A stretch of DNA of 64,000 nt from Entomortierella parvispora E1425 (Eukaryota > Fungi > Mortierellomycota). Positions 13,101-24,376 of the stretch are shown in pieces. A program made the translations under genes and the position numbers. The stretch lies in contig BQFW01000011.1 of the NCBI GenBank assembly GCA_020891255.1, positions 682,001 to 746,000 of the forward strand, given 5' to 3'. Positions within the stretch are counted from its first letter, which is position 1, and every line of letters begins with the position of its first letter. The notes under the pieces were generated by a model. The model saw only the letters and a list, made by a program, of their open reading frames with translations, ran no database searches and was not told the DNA's origin.

Positions 13101-14300
13101 CTCTGCGGACAGGAATAAGTGCTTCTCTGCGAGCTTGGACTCCACGATTAGGTCGTACAAAGTTGTCCCAATGGACAGAGAAGCCTACTCAAGGACAGGT
13201 ATGGAGTCTTTCCTCTTCCTTTCTCGTTTTTTTTTTTTTTTTTTTTTTTACAGGATGAGTAATTGAGCTAATGATGAACGCCCTCAAACAAAATCACAGA
13301 TCCTACGCTACCTCTTACAACATTTGTTGGCCACACGGGCGCTGTGTGGGGAATCCGGCTCTTCCCCGTCACTGTTTCAACCTCTCTATTACTGGCGTCG
13401 ATATCTGCGGACGGATCACTCAAAATCTGGGATACTGAGACGACTGGATCCCCCTTAAAGTCATCTTGGGGATATCACGGACAGAAAGTAAAGCAGCAGA
13501 GAGCCTCATTGTCAGCAGCGCAAAGTATTGAGAGCTGTTGGCCGATCCCTACGAGTCTGGACTTTTGCCCAACGGATCTGAACAAGATGGTTGTCAGCTA
13601 TAACAATTCTGTCGTAAAATTGTTTGATATCGAGACTGGGAAGGATATATTGACTTTCCAGAGCAATGGATCCTATGGTAAGAAGAAAGGAATGAGATGG
13701 ATCTTTTCTAAGGAAATGGCTTGTTTCTTGAAATCGCGATTCAATATTGACCTCTTTGTTCGATTGCTTGATGACAACATAGATGCAACGACAGCAACGC
13801 AGATCAACAAAGTGATCTGTCATCCCACCATGCCAATCATGGTCACTGGCCATGAGGATCGTTATATTCGTTACTTTGACCTTAACAATGGTAATTGCCC
13901 TACCTTGCCTCTGGAGTACATTAGCTGGAATGGACACCCTTTCGTCTCCTCCCTCATCCTACTGTTTCTTCCACTGATGTTGCCTACATTGTTAACTGTA
14001 TGGTATCCATCTCTTTTGGTCGCAATAGGATCCTGCACCTACTCGTCAATTGCCCATTTGGACTCTGTTTCCTCGCTGGATTTCGATCCTTCTGGACTGG
14101 TTCTTTGCTCAGGGGGTCACGATTGTTCTGTGAGGATGTGGGACATCGGATCAAGTTCCCGACCCTGTGTCCAAGAGTTTACAGGTCACCGCCGAAAGAG
14201 TGACGAGGGTGTTTGTGCGGTACAATACCATCCCACAATCCCAGGTCTTTTTGCCACAGGAGGTGCCGATTCAATTGTCAAGGTTTATACCCGTTACTAG
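10158..14300 (+). CDS. Striatin (Far8/Pro11/StrA-like STRIPAK scaffold), multi-exon
   Basis: N-terminal LQFLQSEWRRFERDRNEWDIEKSEMK|ARIAFLEGEKRG...RVKMLEYALRQER; C-terminal WD40 repeats (GHTKAITSVA, GHDCSVRMWD, GGADSIVKVY). Internal exon boundaries only partly resolved. Confidence 0.93.
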
Positions 14301-15120
14301 AAGCGCTCGTATTTTTTCACCTTTCTTTTTTTTTTCCAACAAGAACAAGCAAAAAAGTACTCTTCAAGCATTTCAATATTTACCCCCCCCCCGCACGCCC
14401 TCAGCAACCCATCATAGTAACCCAGATAACAGCAACAATATACAGCATTGCTCCAAATATTGGGACCTGGGCTTTTTGTTATATACCTCAATGACGATTA
14501 GTACTTAATAAAAGGCCCGTGAATGGCCTCAAATTTCATGCTATGTAGGTCCTGCTTTGTTCTCATGTTGTTGTTTTTGTCAACCCTGTTAGTTCCCGGT
14601 ACGATCGCGGTGCCTTGATCAAGCCTGGGCGCTTCCGGTGCCGACTGAAATTCGTCCGTTCTCTCGGTGCAATGGGACGGGATGCCCATTAAATCGGAAC
14701 ACACTCTGGACGCAGACGTTCATGTTCGTAAGGCAAATGGTGCATGTAGGGTGCACCCAGACCCCCTCTCGGCCTTGCTTCCAAACGCGCTTGACTGACT
14801 CGGATGGGATGACAGGAAAGAGAGCAGTACGCGCGTTTGTTTGTTTGTTTGTTTGCTCGTGCATTCACCACAGTACCAAGGCCAAGACAAAGACCGTGGC
14901 CGTGGAGAGGCCGAGCGGCGCGCGAGATTAATTTCCATCTTCACGTGGTGCTGCCGTGGACCGAGGGCAGAGGTCTTTTTCATCGCTTCAGTTGCATGCA
15001 TGCGTTTACTGCCCTTCTTCATCACCCACGCCTTCATTTATTCCTTCATTCACTCGATCGCAGGCTCGCTCGACTGGATCGTCTCCATCCCCGACCTCTC
15101 TTTCCAACCTCATCTCCATA

Positions 15121-15254
15121 ATGTCTGCACACAAATTTCACGAACGGACATTTACAAAACTTACATACTGCGACTACTGCACAAAGGTAAATGTCCCGGA
15201 CAGAAGCCATTCATCTTGCAACATTGACCCATCGCCAGCGCGCTAACAGACACC

Positions 15255-15294
<40 letters not shown>

Positions 15295-16728
15295 TACACG
15301 TTAGCTTTTGTGGGGCGTCGCCAAGCAGGGTGTGACATGCGAAGGTACAACACCCGTCTCTCAAGGAACAAGACGTTTCAACTGAAAATGTCCAGCACTA
15401 ACAGGGCTGTACGTCCCTCTTTTTTTTTTCCTCGTGTAGGATGCCAGTACAACTGCCACAAGAAATGCTCTGAACTCGTTTACAACAATTGTGTCCGATC
15501 CCTCTATATCCCGACCTCGGACGACTCTTTGGATCGCCCCCGAGGTTCTCGCAGCGCTGCCCGCAGCAGATCCAAGAGCATACCTCGCAGGGCCAATTCT
15601 GAGGGCATGCGCGTGTCCATCCCCCCCGCCATCGTCTCATCGTCTCAGCCGATGCAGCGTCTGAACGAAAAGCAGTCAGCCCAGCAACAACCGGACCCCA
15701 ACAAGGATGACCCACAAGGACCGGCCTCCCCGGCACCGGGTCGCACCAGCTTCTTGGAGGATGCCATCATCTCGGCGGCCATCCGCATGTCCATGCCCGC
15801 AGATATCGCCTCGCTGCCCAAGAATGACCACCCTCCCTTGACGATTCAGGCGACGACGATCAACTTTACGCGGTTCGTGCACAAGACGACAGGACTGTTT
15901 TGGTTTCAGGATCGGGTCGAGGATATCTTGACGTGGAAGGATCCTTGGAACACGACCTTTGTGCTCGTCCTCTACTGCTTTGTCTGTAAGTGGAGAACGT
16001 GGGATTCGTCGTGGATATGTCATTGGAGGGAGAACTAATTACTTTATGATTTTATAGGCATCTACCCAATGCTGCTCTTCCTGCTACCGCAATGCATCAT
16101 GGCCACCATCATGATTTACTTTTTTCAACAAAAGAGCCCAAAGCAACAACAAAAGATGCTCGACATCCGGACCAGCCAAACGACCCTTGGAGTCCCGACC
16201 ATCCATGTCTCTCAACATCCACAGCAACCCCCTGGAGCGATCACTGCGGCCGAGGAGGCCTACATCGAGGCGCAAGAGAGAGCGCATCAGAAGCGACATC
16301 ACGTGTACCATGAAGAAGACTATCTGGAGGCCGCCTCGAGCTCGGATGAGGAGATTGAGGACGAGGAGCGAAAGTCACTGGCACTGCAGTACCTGAGCAA
16401 TTTGCAACATATTCAAAACATGATGGGGGATGTCTCGGATGCACACGATGTCCTCAAACCGCTGTTCTCGCATCTGGACTGGAGCGACGAGGCCGAGGCG
16501 ACGATGATTGTCCAAGGGACCATGGCGGCGTTTGTGGGCATGTCGTTGATCATGTGGTTCATCCCCTGGCGCTGGGTCTTTATGATGGGGGGCGCATCGG
16601 GTATGCTGGCCAACAGTCCCTGGGGCAAGATTGTGATCAAGGAGTGTATTCCTCTTGGCAAGGACGTTGCTGCTTGGGGCAAGGTTCAGATGCAAGAATT
16701 CAAGAAAAAGAAGATGCAAGAGGCATAG
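15121..16728 (+). CDS. C1 (DAG/phorbol-type Zn finger) + Pex24p/Pex28-32-like membrane-shaping domain protein
   Basis: Spliced exons give HKFHERTFTKLTYCDYCTK|LLWGVAKQGVTCE|GCQYNCHKKCSELVYNNC; later INFTRFVHKTTGLFWFQDRVEDILTWKDPWNT and LQHIQNMMGDVSD...LDWSDE...IPWRWVFMMGG...ANSPW. Confidence 0.75.
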
Positions 16729-16917
16729 GAGAGAAAGTAGGAAAACCTCCTGCCTACTATACCAAACGCGTCTCCCCTTCATATACCAGGAAACACATAA
16801 CCCCCCCAAAACAGCATTAAAACCACGCGCCTCTGGAATGAATTATCACGTCTATTGGACCAATTATTATTAGTATGTTTGCTCTGGGCTAAATTCTGTT
16901 CCTGACAATGATCTCTA

Positions 16918-18469
16918 TTATTGTTGCAGGGGTTGTTCCTGTGCCTGATCGTGTAGGTAAGGTCTTGTTTCGTCCACGAACTCATGATTAGGTCGGATGC
17001 CAGTCGCGTTCTCCAAACAACCAGGCTCGTTCGATCGTCCGTCCGAGTTCCGGGTCAGATACGAAAAGTCTCGAGGCGGGTGCGGGATGTGAGATGCCTT
17101 TGAGAAGAGCGAGGGGTAGTACTGAAGGTAGGCAAAGATGGCAAAGAAGATGCCAATGATTGAGCCCCAGGTCACGTCGATGGCTGAATGTCGATAATCC
17201 TCGATACGCGAGATAGCAACCAGCAGGGCGGCTAGAAAAAAAATTCAGGGGTTGGGTGAAGGGGAACAACGCAAAAAATAAAAGAGTTTAGAGAACGAGT
17301 GGAGGACAATGAAAACAAAATAATCAAACGTCCCATCGAGACGGGAAAGAGGGACTGTGGCAAGTTACCAAGGATGGGAACAATCAGAATAACGGACTTG
17401 AGGGAATACCCTCTCCGGTCAAAAACATGCATTTTGCCACCCATCCAAAGCGACAGAAAGAACAGTCCTGCGAATGCAGCTAGTTTGAGGGACAGAGAGT
17501 AAGGGAGAGAGAGAGAAGGGTCCAATCAGTACTTCAAACAAAATACTAGGAGGTTCGATCACCCTGCCCCATGTTATCCTGGTCGTCCCCAAGGCTTCCT
17601 TCTCCACCCCTTGTGACATTTTCATCCCTTCCCGTGTTTGTTTGTCTGTCCCTTTTTCTTACTGGAGGCGTGTCCAGAGGGGAAAGATCGCATGCCGTCT
17701 TTGAGGATAGCCTTATTTGTTTGGGAGCACACATCCACGGACCAGAGCTGCAGCGGCACATCGTGAAGGATCGGCGCTCCATTTTGCATCGGCTGACATC
17801 GGTCCAAAAAGTCTGGTCGGTCCTTTCCCACCGTCACCTAAAAAAGGGAAAGAAGGGGAGACGTCAGAGAGAGAGAATAAGGAAAAATAAGGCCCATGGT
17901 TCAAAAACTTAAACTAAAAAAAAAAAGGCCGACAGGAAAAACTTGTATGCGTGCGCAGTGCACCCTGAACCTTTCTGACAGATCATTTCTGCGCAGGTCA
18001 TTCTTTTTTGTTACTGTACCTTCATGACTTGAGTAAAGATGGTGGTGAGCAAGATGGACAACAGCAATCCCAAGATACCATTATGAAAGTCATAGATACT
18101 ACGTCGCACACCCACTGCCACCACAGCAATCATCAGGACTGGAAAGACGACGGCAATGAGGACCAGCGCCCAAACGGGGATGGTATCCTTGGCTTTCATC
18201 GGAAACATGATGGCGGTATTCTCGACCGAGAACTGGCGATGAAAGGGCTCAGCGCGGTCCAGGAGGAAGAATAGGATCAAGATGATGACACAAAAGATCC
18301 AGTCAAAGGCATAGGACGCATACAGTCGAGTGGTGGGGTTCCGGAGGGCTTGCATGACGTGGTAAAGAGCACCCAAGGGGCGGCGGTGGCGGCGGGGCGG
18401 GGGAAGATCCTGTGGAGTAGACTGGACAGGACTGATGAGGGTTTGGTCGTCCAGCTTTGAAGGCAACAA
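16918..18469 (-). CDS. PAP2-family lipid phosphate phosphatase (DPP1/LPP1-like); start unresolved, possibly the ATG at 18355
   Basis: Three catalytic motifs across exons: KVTVGKDRP (K-x6-RP), FPSGH, SRIEDYRHSAID. Confidence 0.9.
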
Positions 18470-18965
18470 GCGAGAAATCGTTCCTGTTCAGCTTGCACGA
18501 AGGGGGTTCTTTCCAAAACTGCGAGGGGATTGAACGCAAAGGAAAGAAAAGAAAAAAAGGGAAAAAAGAGAGTGAAGAAAGAAGAGGGAAAAAAGAGAAT
18601 AAAAAGGTGCAAACAGACAATCCCCAAAACTCCTTTTTTTTCTTTTTCCTTCAGCCCAAACGTCGACTTCATAATTTCTCGGTCGGGATGGAATAAAAGG
18701 AATGTCGGGTCGGTCTCTCAATCGACAAAAAAGTTACAGAAAGAATCGAGTGCAATCTTCATGCGCGTTGCGATGGCTGAGTCTACCCTAGTTCCCCAGG
18801 TCGACAAGGGTCCCCGGGATGCTCATGTGGGGGTCTGCGGACGCGTCTAAGGCCTTGACTCGCTCTAAAAGAGCGCCGCACTTTTTCCACTGGAACCAAG
18901 ATAAGAAGTGGTCCAATAACCTAGAGTAGGGCTGATGAATGAGGATCGGACGGAGAGGTGCACTG

Positions 18966-21134
18966 TCTGGATTGTTCAGATTGTTCAGATTGTTCAGATT
19001 GTTCAGATTGTTCAGATTGTTCAGATTGTTCAGATTGTTCAGATTGTTCAGATTGTTCAGATTGTTCAGATTGTTCAGATTGTTCAGATTGTTCAGATTG
19101 TTGAGATTGTTCAGATTGTTCAGATTGTTCAGGTTGTTCGGATTCTCAGCGGGACCGATTGTTTAGATTGTTTGGATTATTGGGATTGCTCGGATTGTTC
19201 GGATTGCTTGGACTGTTTGGATCTCGGAAGAGACGGATTGTTTGGATTATTGGGATTGCTCGGATTGTTCGGATTGCTTGGACTGTTTGGATCGTCGGAA
19301 GAGACGGATTGTTTGGATTGTCAGAGGGGCCAGATTGTTTAGATCGCTTGGATTGTTCGGATTGTTCGGATTGTTCGGATTGTCAAAGGGGCCAGATTGT
19401 TTGGACTGTCAGAGGGGCCAGATTGTTTGGACTGTCAGAGGGGCCAGATTGTTTGGACTGTCAGAGGGGCCAGATTGTTTGGATTGTTTGGATTGTTTGG
19501 ATTGTCCGGATTGATCGGATTGTTCGGATTGTTCGGATTGTCTGGATTGTCAGAGGGGCCAGATTGTTTGGATTGTTTGGATTGTTTGGATCGTTTGGAT
19601 CGTTTGGATTGTTTGGATCGTTTGGATCGTTTGGATCGTTTGGATCGTTTGGATTGTTCGGATTGTTCGGATTGTCAGAGGGGCCAGATTGTTTAGATTG
19701 TTTGGATTGTTTGGATTGTTTGGATTGTCCGGATTGTTCGGACTGTCAGAGGGACCAGATTGTTTGGATTGTTTGGATTGTCCTGATTGTTTGGATTGTT
19801 TGGATTGTTTGGATTGTCCGGATTGTTCGGACTGTCAGAGGGACCAGATTGTTTGGATTGTTTGGATTGTTTGGATTGTCCGGATTGTTCGGATTGTTCG
19901 GACTGTCAGAGGGGCCAGATTGTTTGGATTGTTTGGATTGTCCGGATTGTTTGGATTGTCCGGATTGTTCGGACTGTCAGAGGGACCAGATTGTTTGGAT
20001 TGTTTGGATTGTCCTGATTGTTTGGATTGTTTGGATTGTTTGGATTGTCCGGATTGTTCGGATTGTTCGGACTGTCAGAGGGGCCAGATTGTTTGGATTG
20101 TTTGGATTGTTTGGATTGTTTGGATTGTCCGGATTGTTCGGACTGTCAGAGGGACCAGATTGTTTGGATTGTTTGGATTGTCCGGATTGTTCGGATTGTT
20201 CGGACTGTCAGAGGGGCCAGATTGTTTGGATTGTTTGGATTGTCCGGATTGTTTGGATTGTCCGGATTGTTCGGACTGTCAGAGGGACCAGATTGTTTGG
20301 ATTGTTTGGATTGTCCTGATTGTTTGGATTGTTTGGATTGTTTGGATTGTCCGGATTGTTCGGATTGTTCGGACTGTCAGAGGGGCCAGATTGTTTGGAT
20401 TGTTTGGATTGTTTGGATTGTTTGGATTGTCCGGATTGTTCGGACTGTCAGAGGGACCAGATTGTTTGGATTGTTTGGATTGTCCGGATTGTTCGGATTG
20501 TTCGGACTGTCAGAGGGGCCAGATTGTTTGGATTGTTTGGATTATTCAGATTGTTCGGATTGTCCCGATTGTCAGAGGGACCGATTGTTCGGATTGTGTT
20601 GATTATTCGCACAGCTTTGGATTGATTGCGGGCGTGCTGTAAACAATCTGGCCCCTCTGACAATCCAAACAAGCTTTTTCTTCCGACGATCCAAACAATC
20701 CAAACAATCCAAACAATCCAAACAATCCAAACAATCTGGCCCCTCTGACAGTCCGAACAATCCGAACAATCCGGACAATCCAAACAATCCAAACAATCCA
20801 AACAATCCAAACAATCTGGCCCCTCTGACAGTCCGAACAATCCGGACAATCCAAACAATCCAAACAATCCAAACAATCCAAACAATCTGGCCCCTCTGAC
20901 AGTCCGAACAATCCGAACAATCCGGACAATCCAAACAATCCAAACAATCTGGTCCCTCTGACAGTCCGAACAATCCGGACAATCCAAACAATCCAAACAA
21001 TCCAAACAATCCAAACAATCCAAACAATCCAAACAATCCAAACAATCCAAACAATCTGGCCCCTCTGACAATCCGAACAATCCGAACAATCCAAACAATC
21101 TAAACAATTCCAAACAATCTATCAAGATCCTAGG
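18966..21134. repeat. Foldback satellite unit 1: (GGATTGTTY)n array 18966-20600, ~40-bp spacer 20601-20640, reverse-complement array 20641-21120, end TATCAAGATCCTAGG
   Basis: 9-bp monomers interspersed with GTCAGAGGGRCCAGATT cores; the two arrays are reverse complements. Confidence 0.9.
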
Positions 21135-21194
21135 CCGCCATCCAGTGCGCGCCTTCCCCAATGTATCGGTGCCTAGGGTACCCTATGACATGAG

Positions 21195-22413
21195 GGATGA
21201 TGGATCCCATCCATCCAACCCATCCAACCCATCCAACCATTCAACCCATCCAACCCATCCAGCCAGCCCAGCCAACCCATCCAACCATCCAGCCAACCCA
21301 GCCAGCCAACCCAGCCAACCCATGTGGTGGGTGGAGCAGATTCTGACGCGGGAATGACTTTTTTTTTCTTGTCAAAGGGTCCCTCGCAGGTACGGGGTTT
21401 ATTGTCTGTTAATTGTAAGTACACATACGCTGGTGCGCCTGCTCCACCCAAGGGAAACGGACTAAATAAAATGCTTTTGCATTGCACAACCCGTCTATGA
21501 CGGCCCATGCACCCTGGTTTCATAACACCGCGACCAAAGGGCGGGAGCTTCTGGCTTGCTATAGCAAGGCCGGATCCAGTCCCCTCTGTGGCCTTTCATG
21601 CTCGTTCGTCACTAGTTTCCGAGATCCTTTTCCAAGAAGTACTTCACTCCCCCTGTTCTTTCCATGACGTTCAACACGCGCTTTCCTTGGTATTCATCTA
21701 AGACAGCTTTGTCCGCAGCCTTGTGGAGTCTCTTCATCCTTGTCACATCAGACCTGTCCCTGTTAAAGTTACCAAAGTTGCCGTTGCTATCTCCGTGTCC
21801 GCCAGCACGGGTACCCAGTTCTCCAGGCCTGGCACGTTTGCTCACACCAGTAACCCCGATAGACTTCTCCCAGTCCACAGTCTTTTTGCAACGTGGATTC
21901 CAAATCGCGGGAACGACATTCGACATTCGATCCGGATTCGATTCGACGTGAGGCGAAACAAAGGGTGATTCGAGTCGGATATCAGTCGATGAATCTTCTG
22001 TTCGACAGTGGTCGAATCGAATCAGCTCTTTATTCGATCCGAAAAAGTCGAGTCGAATTCGAACGCGTCTTTTATCCGATTCGATTCGCCCGTTGAAAAT
22101 ACGCGCATCCAACCCATCCATCCAACTCGCACCCAGTTCCATTTCAGGCGGGATGTAAGGAAAGAGACATGGTGCAAACAAATAGCTCTCGTGCAACAGT
22201 CAAATCAGACTGACCGTGCAGCGCCTTCACTCACAGCAAAGCCACGAACAAATGGTCAACTACAACCACTGCCACCACTGCCACCATTGCCACCATTGCC
22301 ACCATTGCCACCACCACAACCAACACTTCACAACCTCTAGTATAAATACACCAGACTTCATATCAATAAACATCATTCAATCTTCATGTTCTTCCCTTGG
22401 CCTTTACTATTGC
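21195..22413. repeat. Left arm of long inverted repeat (pairs with 30166-31384)
   Basis: GGATGATGGATCC start, (CCATCCAAC)n array, TCGA-rich block and ~450 bp near-identical to the reverse complement of 30166-30590; the same peptide appears in ORFs 22008..22340(+) and 30239..30553(-). Confidence 0.9.
21359..21905 (-). mobile_element. 5'-truncated non-LTR retrotransposon (LINE-like) insertion
   Basis: Flanked by CGCGGGAATGAC (21347-21358) and CGCGGGAACGAC (21906-21917); T9 tract at 21359-21367; absent from the right arm; minus-strand ORF tail IWNPRCKKTVDWEKSIGV resembles LINE ORF2 C-termini (from recall). Confidence 0.75.
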
Positions 22414-23058
22414 AAAACGCCTATCACTCCAAACCCCTGTCAGTCCAACCAACATGATCATCACAGCATAGCCACGTAGATACATTTATGTACCCCATCC
22501 TTCCACCTTATTAAAACTCGTTCATTGCCCCAGTCTTGTCTCCTCTCTGTTCTTGTCCTTGTTGTGCCTGGGATAATTTCGGGCTCTCACTCACAATATG
22601 GTTATCGAGACAAGAGGAAGGATCTTTATGTATGTAGGAGTCTCTCGAGACTAGTACCTGAAGGACCTACAGTATAGAAGCCCTTCTGGTACCTGTCACC
22701 AATAAAACCCTCTCTTGTTCTCGTTGACTTCTATCTCCGTATCTATTGTAAGTTAAGCCAGAAAATGTCGCAGGTACTACGAATGGAATTTATTCATAAA
22801 GAGGACAGATCTGTTGATATTTGGGATCACAGACCATACATATCAATATCAATAGTCTATAATGAACCTGAGGAGGAGCCGAGCTAAGCCACGTCAGCTC
22901 GATATAAAAGAGTGAGCTGACCGGATTCAGCTAGGATCCCTCTCTTTGTCCCAGTTACTCCCGTGTAGTAAGTACTAATCCCCTCCTATTTTTGGTAAAA
23001 TACTCCAAGATCCACAGAGTCGTTACATGTTCGAGACAATGTATGGCAGGTGCACTCT

Positions 23059-23757
23059 TCAGTCAGAAAGTACGCTTCCCGTGCTTTCAGTGGGCGCTAT
23101 CTCTAGCTCACCACTGCATTCTCGTGCAAGCTCCTCAAGGACCACCGACTGCTTCCCCATTGCCTTCAGGAGGAACGCCACCATCTCAAACACCTTGAGC
23201 CAGTCCAGTCGTTGACCATATGCTGTTGGAACATCTGCAACTCGCCGTTGCTGGATTATGTACCTGCCTGGTCGCTCGGGGTCAAGCTTTGTTGTTGTGA
23301 GGGTCAATGTCCTGCGGACTGACTGTACAGAGAAAGCTAGAAAGCGCGTCATTGTCGTGAACCTTGAGTGCTGATGCCGTCGGACAACGGCTTTCACCAG
23401 GGCAATGGCATTGTGGGCATTCTTGATGGTGTCGTTGATGGTGTGCTCCACCTTTTCTTTGTGCTGGCCGCTCGATGCTTCCAAAGCCATCCAGTTTCGA
23501 CCTTCGCAATCATAGCCTCTGCCATCCAGGTACTGCATCGGATTGCTGGGTCTCCATGTCGAGGACGAAATACTTGTCTCGTGCTGATCCACGGCTGCAG
23601 TCTCACACCACTCAAAGCCAAGAAGTCCTGTCTGGTCAGCAAGATGTTGGAACACTGGTGCAACACGGTCGACCCAGAACGTCCGCTCCGATTTGGAACT
23701 GAAGACCGCATTCCTGTTGCACTTGCTGGAGAAATCGGTTAGGACAAACTGTATCAC
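23059..23757 (-). CDS. C-terminal exon of a putative restriction-endonuclease-fold (PD-(D/E)xK-like) protein, Crinkler-REase-like
   Basis: 232-codon ORF with SERTFWVDRVAPVF, WCE, YLDGRGYD, MALEASSG and EHTINDTIK motifs; no ATG start; preceded by an AT-rich intron-like 3' end with CTTAACAG. Family assignment is from recall. Confidence 0.5.
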   Translation of the reverse strand: MIQFVLTDFSSKCNRNAVFSSKSERTFWVDRVAPVFQHLADQTGLLGFEWCETAAVDQHETSISSSTWRPSNPMQYLDGRGYDCEGRNWMALEASSGQHKEKVEHTINDTIKNAHNAIALVKAVVRRHQHSRFTTMTRFLAFSVQSVRRTLTLTTTKLDPERPGRYIIQQRRVADVPTAYGQRLDWLKVFEMVAFLLKAMGKQSVVLEELARECSGELEIAPTESTGSVLSD

Positions 23758-24376
23758 ACTACTGTTAAGCCTCTATTAATGAATAATTTCAAATATGAAG
23801 GTTAATCGACATTTTATCACGTGGTGAAAGCAGTCCAAACTTTATACAAGGCAGCGCGGTCCATGCCATTTCGCTTTTGTTTCGACGCGAAACAAATGCC
23901 ACATCTACTTTCATATCTTCCCTTCCCCCACTCTCTCTCTTTCACTCCTCCCACTCTCTCGTTTTCACTCCTACGCTTTTACACTTTCCTTTCACTCTCT
24001 TGCTCTCTCTTTTACCTGCCCACCAATCCTCAGACCACGACATCTGTCAGTTCCTTCCCCTACACATCGCAAAGACACCAGTTCCTCCCATCCATAAAGC
24101 ACCACGAACACAGTCCACAGCAACCAACCTTTGGTGGCCTTTGTTTATTCGAAACGTTCACCATCCATTGTCACCACAGCGCCGCTTTTGTTCGCAAAGC
24201 ACGAATTGCAGCAGACTCAACAAGGCTGTTTCATACACAGGCAACCGACTCCGCTACAGCTGCCTTTGAAGTTAAACCCATCAAAGAGTGAGGTAAACCC
24301 AGTTGCCCTTCGAGATACAGTAGCATCCAGCCAGGAATCTAACCTTGCTAGCACCCCTCTTGTAGATATCTCCGTC

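Noticed and set aside
18966-20600. CRISPR-like repeat-spacer look (constant core with variable gaps)
   Set aside because: The gaps are made of the same 9-mer rather than unique spacers; no cas genes; eukaryotic context.
18935-21161. Long ORFs (up to 386 aa) of DCL/IVW/LFG repeats
   Set aside because: Artefacts of stop-free 9-bp satellite DNA; same for 30735-31586 and 32138-32516.
22480-22990. Possible solo LTR (TATAAAAG, AATAAA)
   Set aside because: No second copy in the window, and no clear TG…CA ends or TSD.
24131-24376. N-terminal extension of the XPG ORF from a GTG start
   Set aside because: The ATG at 24377 gives the family's canonical MGVxGLW N-terminus.
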